The position numbers were made by a program, and so were the translations under genes. From IMG/VR virus record IMGVR_UViG_3300032288_005212, positions 32,001-96,000 of that record: 64,000 nt of DNA. One strand, given 5' to 3'. The notes under the pieces are model-generated. The model was not told where the DNA came from, did no database searches, and worked only from the letters and a program-made list of their open reading frames with translations. Positions within the stretch are counted from its first letter, which is position 1, and every line of letters begins with the position of its first letter. Of the stretch, positions 44,616 to 54,729 are shown piece by piece. Source of the DNA: an uncultured virus (IMG/VR IMGVR_UViG_3300032288_005212). Its lineage: Duplodnaviria; Heunggongvirae; Uroviricota; Caudoviricetes.

Positions 44616-45027
44616 TCACTCTGAAGAAAGAGACGATCTAAGTAAGCCAAATTTATTGCCTTACGGCATTACGCCGTCTGCTCCAGCAATAATTCTTCCA
44701 GACGTTGAACTCTTCAAAAGAAATAAATCGCAAACAGTAAAAAATCACTTTCAAACAAAGTTTGAAGAAATTAAAGCCGAGTACCAAAAATTGCTTGACC
44801 AAGTATGTATAAATGACTTATTATATAAGTCTAGATACAGTTTTACACCATTAGTTGGTAAAACATACTATCTATATAGGGTAGCAGAAGAAGACTATAT
44901 TTTGAGCCTTATCGAACCAGAAAGGTGGAATAAATATGAGTTTATTGGAGCTTTTAGACTTTCATCAAATGATGTTTGGGTGCAGGAAACATATGAATAT
45001 AGCAGTGTCAGTAGCACAGGACTATAA
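44605..45027 (+). CDS. DUF2452-like hypothetical protein
   Basis: LPYG..SAPAI..F.P.VGK.YYLY..LSLI.P..W. Confidence 0.65.
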   Translation: MQFNHSEERDDLSKPNLLPYGITPSAPAIILPDVELFKRNKSQTVKNHFQTKFEEIKAEYQKLLDQVCINDLLYKSRYSFTPLVGKTYYLYRVAEEDYILSLIEPERWNKYEFIGAFRLSSNDVWVQETYEYSSVSSTGL

Positions 45028-45331
45028 AGACTGGGAAACTTTTCAATCTGTAATGGATTCTTTTTTAGAACTTCACGATATGGATTTTTTAGTTACAGCA
45101 AAACCTCACCAGCTTATCTCTCTTTACTGTAAAATTGATATTGTACCATGCTATGTCAACTCTCTCCGTGAACGAGATAAGTACGACATGGGTCTGGTAT
45201 TCTCAACGGCAAAATCGCCTATGAGTGATGAGTGCGAAGTAATGTGCTATGGACACAAGCCGTATTACATATATCATACGGATAAAGATGAATTTAGTTA
45301 TATCCACCTTCAAAGTCCCGGAACGACTTAA
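44993..45331 (+). CDS. hypothetical protein
   Basis: ORF with AGGA RBS, start revised. Confidence 0.55.
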   Translation: MNIAVSVAQDYKDWETFQSVMDSFLELHDMDFLVTAKPHQLISLYCKIDIVPCYVNSLRERDKYDMGLVFSTAKSPMSDECEVMCYGHKPYYIYHTDKDEFSYIHLQSPGTT

Positions 45332-45451
45332 ATCTTGCCCTGGTCGGAGTGAATGATTTATCCTAATTATGAGCGTTGTTGCCAAAGATGCAAAAACTGG
45401 TTTACTTCCCATGAAACCAGTACGCTTACAACAATTTGTATAGAATGTGAA

Positions 45452-45528
45452 CTGGGATTAGCACAGCCTGGTAGTGCGTCTGCTTTGGGTGCAGAAGGTC
45501 GTGTGTTCGAGTCACACATCCCAGACCA
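45452..45528 (+). tRNA. tRNA-Pro(TGG)
   Basis: C1-G72, TT-TGG-GT loop, CCA. Confidence 0.95.
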
Positions 45529-45574
45529 AATTAAAGTGCCAATCTGAGATTAAATTCTCTACTTTGAGGTTATT

Positions 45575-47854
45575 ATGGCCAATGTAGCTATTATTGAAGC
45601 GAAACCTTCGAAAACTAATTTTAAGCAATATTTTAAATTTGATTTTGATAGGTTTGCGTTGTCTTCGGACCCCACAATTAAAAAGGTTCTGAAAAAAGAC
45701 GTCGACCTTAATTTTAACCCAGATGGCTATACCTGGGTTATTCTTGTTGGTTCTGAGCCACTGAAGTACTTTACTAAAGTAACTCAGGTAACTCAGTACG
45801 CAGGAACCGTGATTGATAATAAGTTTCTTCCTATTATCAATCCGAGTATGCTCACGTTTAAAGCCGAAGCTAAGAAACTCTGGGATGATTCTCTTGAGAG
45901 TATTCTTGGCTATATTTCTGGCGACAAGAAAAAGGCTGACGTGTCTGACGAGAAGTTTCTCGGCATTCGAGATACAAACGAAGCAATTGCGTATATTCAA
46001 AAGTGCATTGATTCTCCAGAGGATTTCGTAGGCATTGACTCCGAAACAACTGGTCTGTATCCTCGCAATGCTCATATGCTTGGCATTAGTCTTTCTTATA
46101 AGAAAGATGCTGGTGCGTATATTGATGCAGATTGCATTGATGAAAAAGCAGAGGCTAAGTTGCAGGAACTTTTCGACAAAAAGCGTATGGTCTTTCATAA
46201 TGCAAAATTTGATATTCCAATGTTCGAATATCATTTCAGTCTTCGGGTTCGAAACTTTGAAGACACAATGCTTATGCACTATATGATTGACGAAAATCCG
46301 GGTACTCATGGCTTGAAAATGCTTGCCATGAAGTATACGGAGTACGGCGACTACGAAAAACCAATGTATAATTGGATTGAGCAGTACCGTAAAGATCATA
46401 AAGTTTTGAAAGACGATTTTCGCTGGGAGTGGATTCCGTTTGAAGTAATGAAGACTTACGCAGCTATCGACGCTGCTGTAACTTTTATTCTTTTTGCGAA
46501 GTTTGAGAACGCACTCAAGCGGGGAAATCCGCAATTGATGCGCGTCTATAAGACTATTCTACTTCCAGCGTCTCGCTTTTTGATGGATGTACAGGATAAC
46601 GGTGTTCCGTTTAATGTTGACCGACTTATTGCTAGCCAAGGTCTTATGTCAAAGGAGATCGAAGAGGCAGTAGTCGAACTTCGAAAGCATGAAAGCATTG
46701 TAAAGTTTGAAAAAGAGCAGGAGAAGGAGTTCAATCCGAATAGCGTAATGCAGCTTCGAAAGTTGCTTTTCGATTATGTTGGTCTTGAGCCTACTGGAAT
46801 TGTAACTGAAAAAGGTGAGCATTCTACGAATTCTGAAGTTCTCGAAAAACTTGCACTGCAACATGAGATTCCGAAGCTGATTCTTGAAATTCGTAAAAAG
46901 ACGAAGATTAAGAATACTTATCTCGATAAAATTATTCCTCAGCTAGATTCTGATGGAAGACTTCGTACGAACTTTAACCTTCATGGTACCACTTCTGGAC
47001 GACTGTCTTCGAGTGGAAAGTTAAATATGCAGCAGCTTCCTCGAGATAATCCGATTGTAAAAGGTTGTATTAAAGCTCGGGATGGTCACAAGATTGTATC
47101 AATGGACTTGCAGACTGCTGAAGTTTATGTAGCCTCTGTTCTTGCAGACGATCTTGAGCTTCAAGATGTGTTCAGGTCTGGGGGAAACTTTCACTCTACA
47201 ATTGCGAAAAAAGTATTTCGTCTCAATTGTCCTGTGGAAGAAGTTGCAGAAAAATATAAGGAAGTTCGTCAGGCTGCAAAAGCCGTAACGTTCGGAATTA
47301 TGTATGGCGCTGGACCACAAAAGATTAGTGAGCAAGTAACCAAAGACGGCGGAAGACTTTCCGTAGGCGAAGCAAAAGATATTATTAAAGAATATTTTAG
47401 TGCTTTCTGGAAACTGGAGGAGTGGATTAATGAGCAAAAAGCATTCATCGAGAAAAACGGTCACGTCTATTCCATCTTTGGAAGAAAGCGTAGACTCGAC
47501 GCAGCCAAAGACAAAGAAAACAAGGGAGTCCAAGGACACGCAGTCCGCTCCGGCCTTAACTTTCTTGTACAGTCTGCGGCATCGGATATTAACTTGATTG
47601 GTGCAATTGAAGTTAATAACGTAATCAAGCAGCGTGGAATGAAAGCTAAAATCTTCGCACTTGTGCACGACTCGATTCTTGCTGAAGTTCCAAATGACGA
47701 AGTTGAGGATTACAAAGCTATTCTTTCAGCTGAGATTCAAAAAGACAGGGGTATTAGTATCCCAGGTTGCCCAATCGGTATCGATATTGACGTAGGCGAT
47801 GACTACTCAATGGGCAAATTTGAAGATAAATATGCTGGTTCCATTAAACTTTAA
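45575..47854 (+). CDS. family A DNA polymerase (T5-type) with 3'-5' exonuclease
   Basis: DSETTGL, HNAKFD, YAAIDA; TTSGRLSS, D...AE, R..AK..TFG..YG (Phe at the 762-equivalent), VHDS. Confidence 0.96.
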   Translation: MANVAIIEAKPSKTNFKQYFKFDFDRFALSSDPTIKKVLKKDVDLNFNPDGYTWVILVGSEPLKYFTKVTQVTQYAGTVIDNKFLPIINPSMLTFKAEAKKLWDDSLESILGYISGDKKKADVSDEKFLGIRDTNEAIAYIQKCIDSPEDFVGIDSETTGLYPRNAHMLGISLSYKKDAGAYIDADCIDEKAEAKLQELFDKKRMVFHNAKFDIPMFEYHFSLRVRNFEDTMLMHYMIDENPGTHGLKMLAMKYTEYGDYEKPMYNWIEQYRKDHKVLKDDFRWEWIPFEVMKTYAAIDAAVTFILFAKFENALKRGNPQLMRVYKTILLPASRFLMDVQDNGVPFNVDRLIASQGLMSKEIEEAVVELRKHESIVKFEKEQEKEFNPNSVMQLRKLLFDYVGLEPTGIVTEKGEHSTNSEVLEKLALQHEIPKLILEIRKKTKIKNTYLDKIIPQLDSDGRLRTNFNLHGTTSGRLSSSGKLNMQQLPRDNPIVKGCIKARDGHKIVSMDLQTAEVYVASVLADDLELQDVFRSGGNFHSTIAKKVFRLNCPVEEVAEKYKEVRQAAKAVTFGIMYGAGPQKISEQVTKDGGRLSVGEAKDIIKEYFSAFWKLEEWINEQKAFIEKNGHVYSIFGRKRRLDAAKDKENKGVQGHAVRSGLNFLVQSAASDINLIGAIEVNNVIKQRGMKAKIFALVHDSILAEVPNDEVEDYKAILSAEIQKDRGISIPGCPIGIDIDVGDDYSMGKFEDKYAGSIKL

Positions 47855-48329
47855 ACAGATAAATAGAGCTGTTAAGTTTCCTGTATATGAAATCCCGTCA
47901 GAGGATTTATACTCCTCTGATGGGCTTCTTTTTATTAACGGAAAAGTGCTAGACGATAAAAACCAAAGCGGTAAAACTCTCGGAGAGAGAAGATTAAAAA
48001 CTTCTCAGCTAAAAGCTCCGTTGGTAAAATCGTATCATTCCTTTATCGATTTAGTAAAGTCTACACATTCATTATTTATTGATAGCCGCGGTGTTCCGTT
48101 TCGCTATGAAAGAGGTAAGGTTTGTACTGTAGAGTCTCGTAAAATCAAAAAGAAAATGTCTCGAAATACTTATACAGTTATTTATGTGGAAAAAGTAAAT
48201 AGTTTATTTTCAATGTCACGGTATCCAGCAGCAGAAGAATGGGCGCAGATATTATATCTAGATAAGATGCCGTGGCTTTTATATGGCGTATCTGAGATGG
48301 AACTAAAATCTTTTCGAAAGACAATATGA
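47832..48329 (+). CDS. T5-type conserved hypothetical protein
   Basis: FPVY..DGL..LDD.N..G.TLG.RRL; position between pol and D10. Confidence 0.7.
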   Translation: MLVPLNFKQINRAVKFPVYEIPSEDLYSSDGLLFINGKVLDDKNQSGKTLGERRLKTSQLKAPLVKSYHSFIDLVKSTHSLFIDSRGVPFRYERGKVCTVESRKIKKKMSRNTYTVIYVEKVNSLFSMSRYPAAEEWAQILYLDKMPWLLYGVSEMELKSFRKTI

Positions 48330-49618
48330 AAGCAATAATATCAAATAGAATATATCTTAATGCTCGAGATCCATCTCATATTGTTGAGATGGAAAAAGCT
48401 TTAACTTATAAGATTGATTCCTATAAGGAAGATGCTCCCCCAATAATCATTAAGAATATTCGAAAGATACGAGACAACCTTTATTCTATTCCAGTTGGAA
48501 GAACTGATCTTATTCCAAAGGGTTACGAAATAGTAGATAAGAGACTAGAAGTTCCAGTAGAGTTTCCAGAGTTTCGATTTGATCTTCGAGACAGTCAAAA
48601 GGAAATCTACGATAAAATTGAAGGAAATGCAGTAATTAATGCTTTTGTATCGTGGGGCAAGACTTTTACAGCACTTGCAATTGCAGCAAAGTTTTCTCAG
48701 AAAACCTTGATTGTTACTCACACAATTGCACTAAGAACTCAGTGGGAAGCTGAGATTAAAAAAGTATTTGGAATTACTCCAGGAGTAATTGGAAGTGGAG
48801 TTTTTAATATTGCTCCTCCAATAGTTGTTGGAAACGTACAAACGCTTTATAAAAAGCGTGGAGAGATAGAAAAGACATTTGGTACTTTGATTATAGACGA
48901 GTGCCATCACATCCCAGCTAATACTTTTAATCGTCTTGTCGATGCTAGTTATGCCAAGTATAAAATTGGACTGACTGGAACAGTAGAAAGAAAGGATGGA
49001 CGACACGTACTTCTTCCAGACTACTTTGGCACCACCAAGTTCACGCCTCCGCGTGAAAATTATATGGTTCCTACAGTTGATGTTATCCAATCAAAAGTGC
49101 GATTTATGGATGGAGCTAAAATTCCTTGGGCGATTCGAGTAAACGATCTTGTAGCTCAGGAAGGTTATGGAGAGCTAATCGCACTGCTTGCAGCAGCTTA
49201 TCGAAAACAAGGTCATAAAGTTCTTCTTCTTTCTGATCGAGTTTACTTTCTCAAACGTATTGCTGCAACGCTTGGAGACCATTGTGAGATTATTACAGGA
49301 GAAAACTCTACAGAAGATCGAGAAGCAAAGATTCGCAAAATCAATGCTGGTGAAGTAGATATTCTTCTTGGAACACAAAGTATCTTCTCTGAGGGTATTA
49401 GCGTGAATCCACTTAGTTGTCTTATTCTCGCATCTCCTGTAAATAATACTCCGCTACTCACACAGCTTATTGGTCGAGTAGTACGAGAGTATCCAAATAA
49501 AAAATCTCCGGTTATCGTTGATATTAATCTCAAAGGAAAGACAGCTGAAAAACAAGCTCAATTTCGTCTCGGGCACTATATCAAGGAAGGATACCAAGTG
49601 AACTTTATACCTGTTTGA
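48326..49618 (+). CDS. SF2 helicase (T5 D10/UvsW-like)
   Basis: WGKT, DECHH, GLTGT, SEGIS, QLIGRV.R. Confidence 0.92.
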   Translation: MKAIISNRIYLNARDPSHIVEMEKALTYKIDSYKEDAPPIIIKNIRKIRDNLYSIPVGRTDLIPKGYEIVDKRLEVPVEFPEFRFDLRDSQKEIYDKIEGNAVINAFVSWGKTFTALAIAAKFSQKTLIVTHTIALRTQWEAEIKKVFGITPGVIGSGVFNIAPPIVVGNVQTLYKKRGEIEKTFGTLIIDECHHIPANTFNRLVDASYAKYKIGLTGTVERKDGRHVLLPDYFGTTKFTPPRENYMVPTVDVIQSKVRFMDGAKIPWAIRVNDLVAQEGYGELIALLAAAYRKQGHKVLLLSDRVYFLKRIAATLGDHCEIITGENSTEDREAKIRKINAGEVDILLGTQSIFSEGISVNPLSCLILASPVNNTPLLTQLIGRVVREYPNKKSPVIVDINLKGKTAEKQAQFRLGHYIKEGYQVNFIPV

Positions 49619-49680
49619 AAAATTGTTCTTGACTTTTTTTGTTCAATACGGTATAATATCTTTTTTGGGAGTAATTATAA

Positions 49681-50073
49681 ATGATTTTTTTCGATTGGCC
49701 TACAGTATTTATTCAGTCTGAAGGGCTGCCTAGTAAAATACTGGATATCGTTGCGTATCTTACTTTTAAGCCAATTCCAAAGAATAATTATGATGCTCAC
49801 ATTAAAAAGATGGCAGCAATAAATTGGATGGGCCACTCTTATCTTCTTAACCCCAAAAAGGTTATTACGGCAAGAGAAACTTTTCCAGCCGAAAAACTTG
49901 CAGAATATGTGGCGCTAGCAAGTTTTCGTAATTATAATCAATACAAAGTCACAAAACAAGCTACTCTGTCGGTATATGAATGTCCTATATCGGTGGAGTC
50001 TTTACAAAGCAATAAACTACTTTCCATACAAAATGACCAAATATATTTTTGTTGGGAAGAAGTTCTTCACTAA
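49681..50073 (+). CDS. T5-type hypothetical protein
   Basis: EY..LAS.RNY..Y motif; promoter TTGACT-17-TATAAT 49629-49657. Confidence 0.65.
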   Translation: MIFFDWPTVFIQSEGLPSKILDIVAYLTFKPIPKNNYDAHIKKMAAINWMGHSYLLNPKKVITARETFPAEKLAEYVALASFRNYNQYKVTKQATLSVYECPISVESLQSNKLLSIQNDQIYFCWEEVLH

Positions 50074-50082
50074 GGAAAAACA

Positions 50083-50724
50083 ATGGGTATTAAATTTACG
50101 ACTTCTTCTGGTTCTGCCAAGAAAAACAATCTTGACCAGTATGCTTACAAAAACGGCGACAACTGTGTTCGTCTGATTGGTGACCTTCTTCCTCGGTATA
50201 TTTACTGGGTAAAAGGTGATAAGGATAAGAACATTCCAATGGAGTGTCTGTCTTTTGATCGCGCCTCTGAGCGTTTTACAAATTCAGAAAAAGATTGGGT
50301 GAAGGAATACTATCCCGATCTCAAGTGCTCCTGGGCATATTCCATTCAGTGTATCGATCCCGCTGATGGAAAGGTAAAAATCTTCAATCTGAAGAAAAAG
50401 CTGATGGATCAGATTCGTGTAGCTGCCGAAGACCTTGGCGATCCTACCGATCCCGAAAATGGCTGGGAAGTACACTTTAAGCGTGTAAAGAACGGCCCAA
50501 ATGTTTATAACGTAGAGTACACTCTACAGACTCTCAAGTGCCAGAAGAGCATTCGCCCTCTGACTACTGAAGAGCGTGAAGCTGTTGAAGCATCTGCGTC
50601 GATTGACGAGCTTCTTCCACGTCCGACGCCCGATCAGCAGAAAGAGTACCTCGAGCGCATGATGACTGGTGCTACTGAGTCGAATACCGACGAATCTATT
50701 AGCGACGAATTCGATGTAGAATGA
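50083..50724 (+). CDS. T5 D11-like ssDNA-binding protein
   Basis: GDN.VRL.G..LPRY.YW; LKKK; acidic tail; synteny. Confidence 0.8.
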   Translation: MGIKFTTSSGSAKKNNLDQYAYKNGDNCVRLIGDLLPRYIYWVKGDKDKNIPMECLSFDRASERFTNSEKDWVKEYYPDLKCSWAYSIQCIDPADGKVKIFNLKKKLMDQIRVAAEDLGDPTDPENGWEVHFKRVKNGPNVYNVEYTLQTLKCQKSIRPLTTEEREAVEASASIDELLPRPTPDQQKEYLERMMTGATESNTDESISDEFDVE

Positions 50725-51674
50725 GAATATTATTTTCAGCAGACTGGCATATCAAGCTAGGACAGAAGAACGTGCCCACTAGCTGGGCTCGTTCAAGATA
50801 CCTCTCCTTCTTCGATAAGCTAAAAGAGCTGGAAGAGAATGTAGATTTACATATAATTGGTGGAGATATTTTTGATAGGGTTCCAACTCTTGATGAGTTG
50901 GAGCTCTATTTTTCGTTTGTAAAAAGCACAAAAATAGAGACAATTATATATGATGGCAATCATGAAGCGACAAAGAAGAATAGTAGTTTTTTAACTGTTC
51001 TTGCAGATGTAACTTCAAATCTGAATGAGAGAGTAACTGTGATTACTTCTAGTTATGAAGATTCTCGAGGCTTCTCGATTCTTCCATACTGTGAACTTCA
51101 TAAGAAAGATTCCATTGAAAAACTAAACTCATCTCTTCCGTTGTTTACTCATGTAAGAGGAGAAATACCACCACACGTTACGCCAGAAGTTGATCTTGAA
51201 AGGTTTAGTAATTTTCCAATTGTTTTTGCAGGCGATTTACACGCTCACTCAAACTCTCAGAGAAATATTGTTTACCCAGGTAGTCCAATGACTACATCTT
51301 TTCATAGATCAAAAGTAAATACAGGGCTTGTACTCATTGATAACTGGAACTGGAGTTGGATTGATCTCGATCTTCCTCAACTTATTCGAAAGACAGTTAC
51401 AGATACAAATGAGATGATTCCAGGTATAAAAGATCATATCATTTACGAACTAGAAGGTGATATGCGAGATCTGGCAAAAGTAGCAAATACAGAGCTTCTT
51501 GACAAAAAAGTAGTGAAACGAAACATTGAAACTTCTCTCGTACTCGACAAGAGTATGACTCTCGCAGAAGAGCTTGTTGAGTATCTAACCTACATCTTAG
51601 AAATTTCGGACGATAAAATACCTAGTATTGTAGGGTTGTTTAATGATTACACTAAAAACATTGAAATGGGATAA
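50721..51674 (+). CDS. SbcD/Mre11-like nuclease (T5 D12)
   Basis: ADWH, GGDIFD, GNHE, GDLH, YPGSP. Confidence 0.9.
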   Translation: MRILFSADWHIKLGQKNVPTSWARSRYLSFFDKLKELEENVDLHIIGGDIFDRVPTLDELELYFSFVKSTKIETIIYDGNHEATKKNSSFLTVLADVTSNLNERVTVITSSYEDSRGFSILPYCELHKKDSIEKLNSSLPLFTHVRGEIPPHVTPEVDLERFSNFPIVFAGDLHAHSNSQRNIVYPGSPMTTSFHRSKVNTGLVLIDNWNWSWIDLDLPQLIRKTVTDTNEMIPGIKDHIIYELEGDMRDLAKVANTELLDKKVVKRNIETSLVLDKSMTLAEELVEYLTYILEISDDKIPSIVGLFNDYTKNIEMG

Positions 51675-53442
51675 TTGCTTTTCTTATGGAGAAGGCAATA
51701 TTCTTGATCTTTCTGAGAATAAGATAACTCAGATTTTAGGCACAAATGGAGTTGGAAAATCCTCTATTCCGCTAATTCTTGAAGAAGTTTTGTTTAACAA
51801 AAACTCAAAAGGAATTAAAAAAGCGGATATTCAAAACAGGTTGATTGAAAAAGGGTACAATATCGAGCTGTCTTTTTCCAAAGATGCCGACGAGTATGAA
51901 ATCAATCTTGTTCGACGTGCAGCTACTATTAAAGTCAAACTGTTTAAAAACGGAGATGACATTAGTAGCCATACGGCAACAAATACCTATAAAACCATAG
52001 AGGATATACTTGGTATTGATTTTCGAACCTTTTCTCAAGTCGTATATCAAAATACCAACTCCAGCCTTAATTTTCTTACAGCTACTGATGCAAATAGAAA
52101 GAAATTTCTTATTGACCTTCTTGGTCTTGAGCAGTATGTTGAACTATTTGAAGTATTTAAAAATGCTTCAAAAGATGTTGAGCAAGAATTCTCAAAGTTA
52201 GAAGGAAAGATTGTAACTATCGAAAGATGGCTAGAATCAAATAAGTTGTTTGATACAACTCCAAAAGAAATTCAACCACTTCCTACTATTTCAGCTAACG
52301 ATCAGGAGGAGATGAATCGTCTTGCTATTGAATTAAATAATATTTCGACCACTAATAGAGAGATTGCAAAGAATAATCAATTAAAAGATCTTCTTAGGCA
52401 AATTCCGATAGCGTCTATAAGAGAGATGCCTGAAGATCAAGTGGAATCCTATGATGTGTACCAAGCACAACTAGGCGAAATTAAAAGCATAGTTGGATCT
52501 GCCAAAAAACTCATAGGTAAGATGGAGGATCTAGGAAATGTATGCCCAACTTGTGAACAATCAGTGCCAGAGCAATTCAAGCTCGATCACATACACAAAG
52601 AAAAAGAAAAGATTACTGAGCAAGAAGGAAAATACAAAGATATTCAGGCGAGAATTAAGGAAATTCAAGAAAAGAATGAGAGGGCTGTTCTAAAAAATAG
52701 AAAGCTAAAAGAGTGGGAAGACCTTTATCGATCTATTAAACACGATATGCCCACTAAACTCATTAATGAAGATGAGTTAAAGGAAAAATTAAGTGCTCTC
52801 AGAACACGTATCAAAGATACAGAAACTCTGATTGCAAAAATTAGCAGAGAGAATAATGACCGCGCTAGCCACAATGCCAAGATTTCTGTCATTCAAGAAC
52901 AGACTGAGAATTTCAAATCTCAGTTAGCAACTCTTCAGGTTGATTATGAAACCTGTAATTCAAAGAGAGCTAATCTTGAAGTGCTTAAAAAAGCATTTAG
53001 TACAAATGGTCTTGTAGCTTACAAGATCGAAAACTTGGTAAAAGAGCTAGAAGAACTTACTAGCAACTATCTATCTGAACTATCAGATGGTAGATTCACT
53101 TTGAATTTTACTGTTAGTAACGATAAACTAAATGTGGAAATTACAGATAATGGTAACGTGATAGATATTCTTGCACTTTCTTCTGGAGAGTTGGCTCGAG
53201 TAAATATTGCAACACTACTTGGTATTCGAAAACTAATGAGTAGTCTATCTTCTAGTAAAATCAACGTATTATTTCTTGACGAAGTAATGAACGTTCTTGA
53301 TGAGCTAGGAAGAGAGAAGTTAGTTGATGTTCTACTCAATGAAGAACTAAATACCTATATCGTAAGCCACCAATGGTCTCATCCTCTTTTAAATAAGATT
53401 GAGGTTCAAAAAACCCGAGGCATTAGTGGAATTATTGTCTAA
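51643..53442 (+). CDS. SbcC/Rad50-like ATPase (T5 D13)
   Basis: G.NGVGKS, CPTC zinc hook, LSSGE, FLDE. Confidence 0.92.
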   Translation: MITLKTLKWDNCFSYGEGNILDLSENKITQILGTNGVGKSSIPLILEEVLFNKNSKGIKKADIQNRLIEKGYNIELSFSKDADEYEINLVRRAATIKVKLFKNGDDISSHTATNTYKTIEDILGIDFRTFSQVVYQNTNSSLNFLTATDANRKKFLIDLLGLEQYVELFEVFKNASKDVEQEFSKLEGKIVTIERWLESNKLFDTTPKEIQPLPTISANDQEEMNRLAIELNNISTTNREIAKNNQLKDLLRQIPIASIREMPEDQVESYDVYQAQLGEIKSIVGSAKKLIGKMEDLGNVCPTCEQSVPEQFKLDHIHKEKEKITEQEGKYKDIQARIKEIQEKNERAVLKNRKLKEWEDLYRSIKHDMPTKLINEDELKEKLSALRTRIKDTETLIAKISRENNDRASHNAKISVIQEQTENFKSQLATLQVDYETCNSKRANLEVLKKAFSTNGLVAYKIENLVKELEELTSNYLSELSDGRFTLNFTVSNDKLNVEITDNGNVIDILALSSGELARVNIATLLGIRKLMSSLSSSKINVLFLDEVMNVLDELGREKLVDVLLNEELNTYIVSHQWSHPLLNKIEVQKTRGISGIIV

Positions 53443-53879
53443 TGGTAGATTCAAGAATGAAAGGACAACGTGGAGAATACTTAGTAAGAGACTTGTTGAG
53501 AGACGCAACAGGACTTACTTTTGAGAGAGTGCCCAGTTCGGGCGCTCTTTCTTATCTCAAAGGAGACTTATACATACCAGATGCAAAAAATGTATATTGC
53601 ATTGAAGTAAAGAATTATGATAGCAGTCCTTTGAATGATAAGATATTTACAAACAAAACTAACTATTTGTCTAACTGGTGGGAGAAAATTGTACAACAGG
53701 CTGGACTCAAATTACAAAAACCACTTCTATTTTTTAAATACACAAGATCAAAAATTTATGTAGTTACATCAGAAAAGCCAGTCAATACAAAGTATATGCA
53801 CATATCCTGGCTAGACTGTTATGTAATGCTCGCAGAAGAATGGCTCAAACAAGAAACGCTGGAGTTTGTTCGTGATTAA
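53442..53879 (+). CDS. T5 D14-like Holliday-junction-resolvase-type nuclease
   Basis: SR.KG.R.E, R.P.SGA, GD, IEVK (PD-D/ExK). Confidence 0.8.
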   Translation: MVDSRMKGQRGEYLVRDLLRDATGLTFERVPSSGALSYLKGDLYIPDAKNVYCIEVKNYDSSPLNDKIFTNKTNYLSNWWEKIVQQAGLKLQKPLLFFKYTRSKIYVVTSEKPVNTKYMHISWLDCYVMLAEEWLKQETLEFVRD

Positions 53880-54729
53880 ATTTAAAGAAACAATGCTAGA
53901 TAAGAATAACAATGTTCTTATCGTTGATGCTATGAACCTAGCGTTTCGATGGAAGCATCAAGGTAAAACGGACTTTGAAGATGAGTATATTCGTACAGTT
54001 CAAAGTCTAGCCCAATCTTATAAGTGCAGCAATATCATTATCGCTGCAGATCAGGGAAATAGCTACTATCGTAAGTCTATTTGCCCAGAATATAAAGAAA
54101 ATAGAAAAGAAAGATACGAGAACCAGACGGACGAAGAAAAAGAAGCAATGGAAGAATTTTTTCAGGAGTACGAAAGAACTCTTGAAGCTCTTTCAGAAAA
54201 GTTTCTTGTTCTTCGATATAAAGGTGTAGAGGCAGATGACTTAGCTGCTTTTATTGTTAAGTATCGAGAGTCGCTAAATATTGAAGATATTTGGTTAATC
54301 TCAAGTGATAGAGACTGGGATCTTCTTGTAAATGATAATGTTTCAAGATTCTCCACAGTAACTAGAAAAGAAACTACAGTTCATAATTGGGATGAGTTTT
54401 TTGAGTTTCCGAGAGAAGAGTATATCAGCTACAAAGTTCTAATGGGCGATAAAGGAGATAATATCTCAGGCGTTCCAGGAATTGGTCCAAAGCGAGCAAC
54501 AGATTTAATAAATCAATACGGCTCTGCTTTCGATATTTACGATATGCTACCGCTACAAGGAAAATACAAATACATCCAAACGCTGAATGAAAATGCGGAA
54601 CTATTGCTAAAGAATTATATGCTGATGGATCTACTCAGCTATTGTGAAGAAGCAATAACTTTTCCAAAGCACTCAATCGAAGAGATAGAGACGAAGATAA
54701 AGGAATTTTTGAATGAAGTTGAATTATAA
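53866..54729 (+). CDS. flap endonuclease / 5'-3' exonuclease (T5 D15)
   Basis: VD..N, YK.NR, EADD, SSDRD, GD..DNI.GVPGIG.K.A. Confidence 0.93.
   Translation: MFVIKFKETMLDKNNNVLIVDAMNLAFRWKHQGKTDFEDEYIRTVQSLAQSYKCSNIIIAADQGNSYYRKSICPEYKENRKERYENQTDEEKEAMEEFFQEYERTLEALSEKFLVLRYKGVEADDLAAFIVKYRESLNIEDIWLISSDRDWDLLVNDNVSRFSTVTRKETTVHNWDEFFEFPREEYISYKVLMGDKGDNISGVPGIGPKRATDLINQYGSAFDIYDMLPLQGKYKYIQTLNENAELLLKNYMLMDLLSYCEEAITFPKHSIEEIETKIKEFLNEVEL

Noticed and set aside
45512-46534. 340-aa antisense ORF (and 47099-47668)
   Set aside because: Antisense shadow of DNA polymerase; no motifs.
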